Positions 1 through 7,205 are shown, numbered from the stretch's first letter. The stretch: DNA of 16,981 nucleotides from Bdellovibrio sp. (GCA_046318155.1 JBKCUU010000022.1:1-16981); one strand, 5' to 3'. The notes: generated by a model not told the origin, from the sequence alone. Numbers and translations are program-made.

Positions 1-179
1 TATTGACTAACGCATAAATAAAGGCGCAGTGGGCGATGGAATTGCTGAGCGAAAAATGGCGCACAGAGAAAAAGCCCCGGAGGCGTGGCTAAAGCCACGT
101 CGAGGAGCTTTTTCGAGTACGTCATTTTGTAGCCAGCAAGGACAAGACCAATGCGCGTTTATTTATGCGTTAGTCAATA
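1..179. mobile_element. MITE / Rickettsia-palindromic-element-like non-autonomous element
   Basis: Perfect 22-bp terminal inverted repeat: TATTGACTAACGCATAAATAAA (1-22) and TTTATTTATGCGTTAGTCAATA (158-179), extending to ~32 bp with 2 mismatches. Nested internal stems pair 42-47/134-139, 53-61/120-128, 68-75/107-114 and 82-89/94-101 (loop TAAA). TA occurs at both ends. No transposase is present. The left flank lies outside the window. Confidence 0.85.
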
Positions 180-1145
180 GTTCCAAATCCAGATCTATTT
201 AACTATCTTTTTGTGCGAAAAGAAGCGGTTTTGTCATCCCAAATTGAAGGTGTTCAGGCAACCCTCACGGACCTTTTAAACTATGAAGCAGACTCGGATA
301 AGCCGGGATTAGACCTCGAGGAAGTTTGTAATTACTTGGACGCGCTTAATTTTGCACGTAAACAAATTCATTCTTCAAAAGGACTCCCAATCTCTTGGAG
401 GCTTATTAGTGAAATGCATAAGCGTCTGATGAAAGGTGTTCGAGGCGCAACCAAGCAACCTGGCCAAATTCGTCTATCACAAAAATGGATTGGCGGGCGT
501 CGACCTAGTCGCGCTCACTTCGTTCCACCACCTCCTCTTGAAATGAAAAAAGCGCTTGAAGCACTGGAAGGATACATTCATAAAAGTCATGACCTTGATC
601 CTCTTATTCGAATTGGACTTATACATGTGCAATTTGAAACGATTCACCCATTTCTCGATGGTAATGGTCGACTTGGTCGACTTCTCATCGCCCTTTTGTT
701 GGAGGCCTGGGGTATTTTAGATTCGAGACTTCTTTATTTGAGCCTCCATTTTAAACGCAATCAGCAAGAATACTACAGCCGGTTGGATGCGGTTCGGACA
801 AGGGGCGATTGGGAGGGTTGGATACAGTTTTTTCCTGAGGGTATTTGCCTGTCGGGACAAGAAGCGGTGAATGTCTCTCAAGAGCTTTTCAAGCTATTTG
901 AATTTGATAGAAGAAAACTGCTGACGTCAGCTAAGGTCAGTGTGTCGGCGATTCGCCTGTTTGAAGAGTTGCCGAGAAATCCAGTTATAACGCTGAGGCA
1001 AGTGGTTGACCTTTTGAATACGACGAAACCAACTGCAAGCAAGGCAATAGACGCGTTAGTTGAAGTTGGCATTTTGCAAGAAATCACTGGTGGAAAAAGA
1101 AATCGATTGTTTAGATATTCAAAGTATATTGGTCTCTTAGAGTGA
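180..1145 (+). pseudogene. fic: Fic/DOC family AMPylase (N-terminal inhibitory helix, C-terminal HTH), 5'-interrupted by the MITE; residual ORF 213-1145
   Basis: Canonical Fic motif HPFLDGNGRLGR and inhibitory motif SSQIEG. The frame continues upstream of GTG213 as VPNPDLFNYLF-VRKEAVLSSQIEG (180-212), typical internal Fic sequence, then runs into the element, with TAG at 171-173. No obvious SD precedes 213. Confidence 0.8.
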
Positions 1146-1153
1146 GGCCGTTC

Positions 1154-2452
1154 ATGAAAATGATAAAAAGTTATTTTGTATCATTTTTACTTGTTTTTTC
1201 TTCATGTTCACATCGACCCGTGGCTGGCGACCTCATACTTCGAGACAAGGCGGGCTTGAAATTTGATCAGCAATTTGACTTCAGCGACCCTGAAAGCCTT
1301 GGGCGGCAAATTCAAAAATTTGGTTCTTTGTCTAGCTTTTCAAATCAGGAAAAGTTAGTCCGAATGTTAGTTGCTTTTCAAAAAGTAAAAGAAAATTCTT
1401 CCAAAAACGAGCTTCAGTTTTTACCGCACACTCAAACCAAGATTCAATTGCTGTCATTCTGCGCCTCTCCTAACAAGGCGATACCTGAAAGGAACGAAGT
1501 TTTCAGATGGACGGCTGGAGGTACAGGGATTTCTTTGGAGAAGCCCGTTATTCGATACTTTATTCAGGCCGGCCCAGCAAAACAGGAACTCATTCAGGAG
1601 TTGCTTTGGAATTTGAAAAACAAAACTTCTTATGAAGATTATCCGGAAGTTCTCCGGGAGATCCTTAACGAAGTTTCTCCTTCTGCGAAAATAATACTCC
1701 CTTCAAAATTGAGGAACAAGATCATTGATAAAGTTGTTCCTCAAGAATTACTTGAATCGACAGAAATAATTGAAGGAAAGTATTATTCATATATTGGGTT
1801 TGCCAATGAAATACGCAGAAAAAGATCAAAATTTCAAAGCCTCCCGGACGACGTGATATCCAAGATTCCGAAAAGTAAATTGATGGCGTCAACAGAAAGC
1901 CAAGGATATACTTCACAAACCATTACTTTCTATAATGCCTCTGATCAAACAGAATCCATCAATCTAGAAAATGTATATCTTCAGTCAACTCGAGAAGACG
2001 TGCAATCCCTTCTTTTGGTGTCGCTAATCCCAAATCTTGATGAAATTCAAAAGCTCTTGGAAACGGCAGCACTAAACTTGCTTGGCTATGCTGGATCTCA
2101 GCACCCAACTTTAAATCATGATGAAAAGAAGCTGGTAAAGCAAAAGCCGATTGAAGCTGCAATTGTGTTCTATTATTCGAGACTTGTTGAGCGCGTGAGT
2201 GAGTCCACTTTTCCAGGTTCATCAGTCAATGGAGAATCTGATGCAAGGGAGTTTCTCCTGGCACATGAGTCAGCTCCTCATCAGCCCCATGCAGAAAGAG
2301 AAATGGATCTTTTCAATAATGAAAAAGGAATTTCTTCTGCAAAAGAACTTTTGAAAAACGGCAATTTTGAAGTTCATGCACTATTTGAAAGGACGAGAAA
2401 AGAGATTGATGAAGGCCAATTAAGAATATTGAACCCGGCAAAATCGCGATGA
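1154..2452 (+). CDS. Putative lipoprotein with C-terminal DUF6973-like (HE...MDLxNN) domain, possibly internally deleted
   Basis: Long ORF. Alternative start GTG1142; GAGG at 1144-1147 favours ATG1154. Signal peptide with lipobox-like FSSC. C-terminal GESDA..AHE..EREMDLFNNEKG. Confidence 0.7.
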   Translation: MKMIKSYFVSFLLVFSSCSHRPVAGDLILRDKAGLKFDQQFDFSDPESLGRQIQKFGSLSSFSNQEKLVRMLVAFQKVKENSSKNELQFLPHTQTKIQLLSFCASPNKAIPERNEVFRWTAGGTGISLEKPVIRYFIQAGPAKQELIQELLWNLKNKTSYEDYPEVLREILNEVSPSAKIILPSKLRNKIIDKVVPQELLESTEIIEGKYYSYIGFANEIRRKRSKFQSLPDDVISKIPKSKLMASTESQGYTSQTITFYNASDQTESINLENVYLQSTREDVQSLLLVSLIPNLDEIQKLLETAALNLLGYAGSQHPTLNHDEKKLVKQKPIEAAIVFYYSRLVERVSESTFPGSSVNGESDAREFLLAHESAPHQPHAEREMDLFNNEKGISSAKELLKNGNFEVHALFERTRKEIDEGQLRILNPAKSR

Positions 2453-2889
2453 AAAAAAGTTTCAAGATTTTATTTTGTGTTTTTGTAATGTCGGTATTGA
2501 GCGCAGGTTTTTATTATTACAATAATCACTTATTTACATGGGAAGCCAAGGTTCACTGGTCACAAGAACCTTTCGATGCTTCAAGGTTTAAGAATGGTTC
2601 TATGGAAGAGCGTGCGAAAATGGCGGCGAGTCTTATAACAGGTCGCTACTTGCTGGGTATGAATGCTGATGAAGTCTCTTACGTTCTAGGAGAAGAGACT
2701 GGCGATTATTATAAAAGTGATTCAAATCTAACCTACAGATTGACCAACAAAGGAAATGCAGATTGGATTTTAACACTGACTGCTGATGACAACGGAAAAA
2801 TTTGCCAAGTTTTTATCCGAAAGAGCTGCTGTTCCGTCTCTAGAAGAGCTGCGGACTTTGTGCTGGGTGTCCTTTTTGAGGGATTTTAA
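2449..2889 (+). CDS. Hypothetical protein with N-terminal TM/signal anchor; SmpA/BamE-like LLGMxxxEVxxxLG motif
   Basis: 146-aa ORF with ATGA overlap to the upstream stop. Hydrophobic N-terminus. Contains FDASRFK..RAKMAASL..LLGMNADEVSYVLGE. Confidence 0.75.
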   Translation: MKKSFKILFCVFVMSVLSAGFYYYNNHLFTWEAKVHWSQEPFDASRFKNGSMEERAKMAASLITGRYLLGMNADEVSYVLGEETGDYYKSDSNLTYRLTNKGNADWILTLTADDNGKICQVFIRKSCCSVSRRAADFVLGVLFEGF

Positions 2890-2974
2890 GTTCATTTAAT
2901 TTCACCCGCGACGTTCAGAAAATGGTGCGTCAAACTTTTACTGGAACCCTTTTACTTTATTGAAGAAGCAAAAT

Positions 2975-3050
2975 TGGTCGTCTCTACTGGACTCGAACCA
3001 GTGACCTTTTCCATGTCAAGGAAACGCGCTACCAACTGCGCCAAGAGACG
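2975..3050 (-). tRNA. trnV: tRNA-Val(GAC)
   Basis: Minus strand reads CGTCTCTTGGCGCAGTTGGTAGCGCGTTTCCTTGACATGGAAAAGGTCACTGGTTCGAGTCCAGTAGAGACGACCA (76 nt). Acceptor stem CGTCTCT/AGAGACG, anticodon arm TTTCC-TTGACAT-GGAAA, T-loop TTCGAGT, encoded CCA. Confidence 0.97.
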
Positions 3051-3069
3051 AGCTTGGGGAATTGAAGCT

Positions 3070-3098
3070 TTTTTATCAACTTTCGCTGATGCTTACAA
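3070..3098 (-). promoter_or_regulatory. Candidate sigma70-type promoter of tRNA-Val
   Basis: Minus strand TTGTAA-N17-TAAAAA with TG upstream of the -10 box, ~20 nt before the mature 5' end. The -10 box is imperfect. Confidence 0.35.
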
Positions 3099-3221
3099 GG
3101 CTCATAGGCCTGGAAATGTTGACTGAGGCACTGCATCATACCCCTGAGCAGGTATTCAATCGTCATGAAATGAGCTCGAAAAATGACTTGTGATTCTGCG
3201 CTCTAAAGCTAAAAACAAGGG

Positions 3222-4340
3222 GTGTCTTCAATCTACCTCTCGCATTTAAGATGTCCCGTACCTCCGCACTCGAAAGAGCAAGGCGAGAGCTACCTGTGGT
3301 TGCAACAAGCCTACTCACGCTACCAAAAGACTCAAGTATCGACCCTCGATGGCTACGCCAAACTTTTGAAGCGGGTCGGGTGCCCGCCCGATCAGATTTC
3401 TCGGCGGTACTTCTACCTCCCTGATTTTAACAATCGCCCCCTTGAAGATTGCGAAATATTTAAGGCCGACCATGCGGGCGGAGCACTTGCGCGGCAAAAT
3501 TTCTTTCAAAAAATTTCGACGAATATTTTTGAAGATCTCTATGGGACCGATCCACTGCCCTCGCAATTGATCCATGTGACTTGCACCGGTTACGTGTCGC
3601 CCTCGGGCGCACAATTGGTTGCCGCTAAAAAATCACCCAGTACCATGGTGACTCACAGTTACCACATGGGCTGTTACGGGGCCTTTCCGGCACTGCGAAT
3701 GGCTGCGGGATTTTTAGACAGTACCGTTCTGCCGCCCCAGACGCGAGAAAGCGTCGATATCGTTCACACCGAATTGTGCACGTTGCAGCTGTCTCCTGAA
3801 GATCCAACGCTTGAACAAATTGTTATTCAAACTTTGTTTGCTGATGGTGTGGCCGCTTATCGCCTCACCAAAGACCGCCCGGCCGCTCCCAGTCTTGAAC
3901 TGCTTCACTCCGGCGAGTTTTTAATTCCCAATTCTGAGGCGGCCATGGCATGGGTCGTCGCCGATGGTGGAATGAAAATGACCCTCTCGAAAGATGTCCC
4001 GGCCATCGTCGGGCAGGCTTTGCACCAAGCTTTGCTCGATTGGGAGAAGCAGACCGGTACGCCGATTTTAAGTGAACTCTCTCGCACGATTGTTGCCGTT
4101 CACCCCGGCGGCCCTAAAATTATTGATGCGGTTAAAAACTTACTCGAACTCGAGGAAGACCAAGTTCGTTACAGCCGAGAAGTTTTGTTTGAACGTGGAA
4201 ACATGAGCTCAGCCACGGTCCCTCATATCTGGAAAAAGATTCTTGAAAACCCGACTGTCGCAGATGGAACACCCGTGCTCTCAATGGCCTTCGGCCCTGG
4301 TTTGACTTTGTGCCTGAGCCTCATGAAGGTGCGCCGATGA
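3222..4340 (+). CDS. Type III polyketide synthase (chalcone/stilbene synthase family)
   Basis: Catalytic Cys-His-Asn triad in MGCYGA, HPGGPKI and GNMSSAT. Also VTCTG, ELCTL, LFADG and AFGPGL. Confidence 0.95.
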   Translation: MSSIYLSHLRCPVPPHSKEQGESYLWLQQAYSRYQKTQVSTLDGYAKLLKRVGCPPDQISRRYFYLPDFNNRPLEDCEIFKADHAGGALARQNFFQKISTNIFEDLYGTDPLPSQLIHVTCTGYVSPSGAQLVAAKKSPSTMVTHSYHMGCYGAFPALRMAAGFLDSTVLPPQTRESVDIVHTELCTLQLSPEDPTLEQIVIQTLFADGVAAYRLTKDRPAAPSLELLHSGEFLIPNSEAAMAWVVADGGMKMTLSKDVPAIVGQALHQALLDWEKQTGTPILSELSRTIVAVHPGGPKIIDAVKNLLELEEDQVRYSREVLFERGNMSSATVPHIWKKILENPTVADGTPVLSMAFGPGLTLCLSLMKVRR

Positions 4341-4786
4341 CCCTGCTTTTTATTGTTGCGACCTTACTTCAGGCGGCGCTCATCTTGCTGGACGAGTTTT
4401 ACTTTCATTGGAAACGAAATCTTCCTAAGTGGGAGCGCATCGGGCATCCCGTCGACACCGCGGCCTTGTTAGCACCTCTTTCAATTGCAGCCTTTGCCGG
4501 CTTCTCAGAGACCACAATGCGTATTTACATCCTGCTTGCGATCGTGTCTTGCTTGTGTGTGACAAAAGATGAGTGGGTACACCGAGAGGTGGCCCCCGCC
4601 ACGGAGCAATGGCTACATGCGGTCCTTTTTGTTTTGCACCCCGTGGTCTTGATCAGTGCCTACTTTACCTGGCAGGTAAGTCCGTTCTTGATTCAGCTGG
4701 TGATTCCTCCAATGGCTTTATTCTTGGTCTACCAACTTTTATTCTGGAACTTTTATGCAAACAGATTTTTCGAAAAAAGACAGTGA
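4337..4786 (+). CDS. Small multi-pass membrane protein with duplicated DExxH...ExxxH motifs
   Basis: ATG4337 overlaps the PKS stop (ATGA). About 5 hydrophobic segments. Motifs DEFYFH..ERIGH and DEWVH..EQWLH. Confidence 0.85.
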   Translation: MTLLFIVATLLQAALILLDEFYFHWKRNLPKWERIGHPVDTAALLAPLSIAAFAGFSETTMRIYILLAIVSCLCVTKDEWVHREVAPATEQWLHAVLFVLHPVVLISAYFTWQVSPFLIQLVIPPMALFLVYQLLFWNFYANRFFEKRQ

Positions 4787-5534
4787 GTTGATCAACAACT
4801 CTTATTATCATGACCTGTCAGAGCGTTGGTACAAAGCGGACGATGATCCGATTGCTTTACTTCGAGCCGAGGCGCGGCTCAGAAATCCGTGGATCAGTCA
4901 GAAAATCAAGTCTGAATTTGGAGCGCTTGAGAGTGTCAAGGTTCTTGATGTCGGCTGTGGTGCTGGGTTTTTATCCAATCACCTCAGTCAAGAAGGCTTT
5001 GCCGTGACCGGTGTGGATCTTTCAGAAAGTAGCCTTGCCGTTGCCAAACTAAAAGATCAAACCAAGCGGGTCAATTACGTCTTGGCGGATGCCTACCAAT
5101 TGCCTTTTTCAGCTGAAAGCTTTGACGTCATTACGTCGACTGATTTCTTAGAGCACGTTTCTGAACCCCGGCGAGTCCTGCAAGAGGTCTCGCGTTGCTT
5201 AAAGCCTGGCGGTCTTTTCTTTTTTCATACATTTAACAAGAATAAGCTTTCTGAACTGCTTGTGATCAAAAGTTTGGAATGGTTCGTTAAAAATACGCCT
5301 CCTCAGCTGCATGTCATCGAGCTTTTTATCAAGCCCAAGGATTTGCAAAAATGGATGCTGTTTGAAAATCTGAGGACCGAAGAGATTCACGGCGTGCGCC
5401 CGGTCTTTTTGCAAAAGCCGGTCTGGCGCCTGCTGTTTTCAGGTGTCGTCGATCCTCAATTTAAGTTTTGCTGGACCAAGTCTTTGGCAGTTTCTTACAC
5501 GGGTTTTGCGCGAAAGTTGGCTCAACTCCGCTAA
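4755..5534 (+). CDS. ubiG: UbiG-like class I SAM-dependent O-methyltransferase
   Basis: VLDVGCGAGFLS (motif I), VTGVDLS, FDVI..DFLEHV, LKPGG, HTFNK and FIKP match the UbiG family. Overlaps the upstream gene by 32 bp. The symbol denotes family membership, not proven ubiquinone function. Confidence 0.85.
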   Translation: MQTDFSKKDSELINNSYYHDLSERWYKADDDPIALLRAEARLRNPWISQKIKSEFGALESVKVLDVGCGAGFLSNHLSQEGFAVTGVDLSESSLAVAKLKDQTKRVNYVLADAYQLPFSAESFDVITSTDFLEHVSEPRRVLQEVSRCLKPGGLFFFHTFNKNKLSELLVIKSLEWFVKNTPPQLHVIELFIKPKDLQKWMLFENLRTEEIHGVRPVFLQKPVWRLLFSGVVDPQFKFCWTKSLAVSYTGFARKLAQLR

Positions 5535-5539
5535 TTTTA

Positions 5540-5554
5540 ATGCGTTAGTCAATA
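5540..5554. repeat. Solitary 15-bp copy of the MITE terminal inverted repeat
   Basis: ATGCGTTAGTCAATA is identical to 165-179 and is the reverse complement of 1-15. Confidence 0.8.
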
Positions 5555-6595
5555 AGTGTGGGGTGGCGGCTGAAGAACCTTGATCGTGGTATGAGTCACC
5601 GAGATGCCATTTGCCTTCAGGTACTCAAGCCCCCGAGTCAAAACCTTGTGTCCAACCGTGTACTGGGCACCATAGTTATCGATGTAATAGGCAAGTTTTA
5701 ACCCCATCCAAGAATCATGATTTTCTGTAACGACGCAAACGGCTTCAGGAAATGTGCGAACCTCGGGAATGCCTTGGATCGAGGCGAGAAGACAACTTTG
5801 CGCCATTGCCAAGTCTGAACCATAGGGGAGTCTAAACATTTGACTCCGAACAATGGGGACATCTCCACTTTGAAAATTAGAAATATGCGAATTGGCCATC
5901 GTTCGATTTGGAATCACGATGACTTCATCCGTCCAGCCAATCAAGGTCGTCGCACGCCAAGTGATCTCTTTGACTTGGCCGACGGTTTTTTGCATTCCTT
6001 GAGTGACTTCAACCCAGTCGCCGATCTCAAAAGACTTATCGAGCTGTAAGCTGATGCCCGCAAATAAATTTCCGAGAGTGTCTTGCAAAGCAAGGCCTAA
6101 AATAATCGAAAACGCAGCCGAGGTTGCCAGCAGCGGCGCCAACTGAATCCCAAAAATCTGGGACGCTCCCCACAGAAACAAAACGACCGACATTAACAGT
6201 GAAAAAATATTAACAATCAGAACAGGGACGCCCGCTTTCATTGATCCCAAAAAGAGGTACTGCAAGATGATCAAACGGCAGACTTTGACAAAAACGGCAC
6301 CGCCCCAAGCAAAAGTCAAAATGCCGAGGTAAGGAAGTGACCGTCCCAAAGCGCCACTGCCATCTGTCAACTGCAAAATTCCCGCAAACGTGGCAAAGAG
6401 AACGGACAGGATCAAAAAGTGGCGAAACAGGCCGGTAAAGTGATTTCTTAAGTTTCGATGGCGCTCTTCAGAAACGTCTCGTAAAAACAGTTTATAGAAG
6501 ACCCACGCCAGGAGCAGAAGTGCCGAGAGAATGACAAAGGGCTCAAGATCAAGCAGGGTGTAGAGGCTTTGAGTCTTAATGAACTTTTCGTTCAT
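5549..6595 (-). CDS. mscS: Mechanosensitive ion channel, MscS family
   Basis: Multiple N-terminal TMs, then GLALQDTLGNLFAGISLQLDKSFEIGDWV, GQVKEITWRAT and IVIPN. SD GGAGG upstream. Confidence 0.93.
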   Translation of the reverse strand: MNEKFIKTQSLYTLLDLEPFVILSALLLLAWVFYKLFLRDVSEERHRNLRNHFTGLFRHFLILSVLFATFAGILQLTDGSGALGRSLPYLGILTFAWGGAVFVKVCRLIILQYLFLGSMKAGVPVLIVNIFSLLMSVVLFLWGASQIFGIQLAPLLATSAAFSIILGLALQDTLGNLFAGISLQLDKSFEIGDWVEVTQGMQKTVGQVKEITWRATTLIGWTDEVIVIPNRTMANSHISNFQSGDVPIVRSQMFRLPYGSDLAMAQSCLLASIQGIPEVRTFPEAVCVVTENHDSWMGLKLAYYIDNYGAQYTVGHKVLTRGLEYLKANGISVTHTTIKVLQPPPHTY

Positions 6596-6605
6596 GCGTG
6601 CCTCC

Positions 6606-7079
6606 TCAGATCAAATCCGCCAACATTGCGGTCAATCTGTAAATTGACAAGTTGATCTGGTCTTGAGTCACATCGTCAGAGCCTTCGCTATCGCGCCAAT
6701 GACGAAAAGCTTTAATGTTCTTCCAGCTAATTGAGAACACCACGTTACCTGGGGGGCTGGTACCATGCGGTGTGATGTAGGGAGTGAGTCCACTGCCGCG
6801 AAACGAAACGCCGATCGAAGATGAGCGTAAGGTCATGACGCCCGATGAAATATCTTGAATAGCCATCTCAATCGCCTCTTTTTTGAGGGCTTTGAGATTT
6901 TGAAATGAAGTTCGAAAATTGGGATCTTCAAAAAAAGCGAGCAGTTCATCGCCTGCATTGATCAGGTCGCGCTCGATAGCGGCGGGTTTTTCACGCATCA
7001 TTTGAGCCAGTTTGCGGGCCGTGGCAATCACGTCGACTCTTTTAACGGGGGGTTGCTTTGGTTCTGACATCGCCAACAT
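6606..7079 (-). CDS. Hypothetical protein
   Basis: 157-aa ORF (alternative start 7070). It ends 10 bp before the mscS start, suggesting an operon. No family recognised. Confidence 0.75.
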   Translation of the reverse strand: MLAMSEPKQPPVKRVDVIATARKLAQMMREKPAAIERDLINAGDELLAFFEDPNFRTSFQNLKALKKEAIEMAIQDISSGVMTLRSSSIGVSFRGSGLTPYITPHGTSPPGNVVFSISWKNIKAFRHWRDSEGSDDVTQDQINLSIYRLTAMLADLI

Positions 7080-7153
7080 TCTCTCAAGGAGTCATGAGCA
7101 AGAGCAAGCGGCTACGATCATCAGGACTTCGGACTAGGAAACCGCAGGTTGTC

Positions 7154-7181
7154 TCAAGAATGGTTCATTATGAGCCGATCA
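7154..7181 (+). promoter_or_regulatory. Candidate sigma28 (FliA) promoter
   Basis: TCAAG (7154-7158), N15, GCCGATCA (7174-7181), against consensus TAAAG...GCCGATAA. Spacing is about 1 nt longer than the enterobacterial consensus. Lies 24 bp upstream of ATG7206. Confidence 0.5.
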
Positions 7182-7205
7182 AGATTTCGGGAAAAGAGGT
7201 GTTCT

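Larger units (their letters stand above)
180..2974. mobile_element. Probable genomic-island remnant at the tRNA-Val 3' end (left boundary outside window)
   Basis: Visibly AT-richer than the DNA after ~3200. Carries accessory cargo (Fic, orphans) and abuts the tRNA CCA end. No integrase is seen in the window. Confidence 0.5.

Noticed and set aside
5..175. Integron attC interpretation of the palindrome (GACTAAC...GTTAGTC)
   Set aside because: The boxes deviate from RYYYAAC/GTTRRRY and the span (~170 bp) exceeds typical attC length. Pairing extends beyond the boxes to TA ends, the element sits inside a gene, and no similar sites follow the neighbouring genes.
4310..4336. Upstream GTG start for the membrane protein
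   Set aside because: ATG4337 gives canonical ATGA coupling and begins directly with the first hydrophobic helix.
1..5554. Active composite transposon bounded by 1-15 and 5540-5554
   Set aside because: There is no transposase, the right end is only 15 bp, and the interval contains a tRNA and two compositionally different blocks. It is kept only as a possibility within the scar finding.
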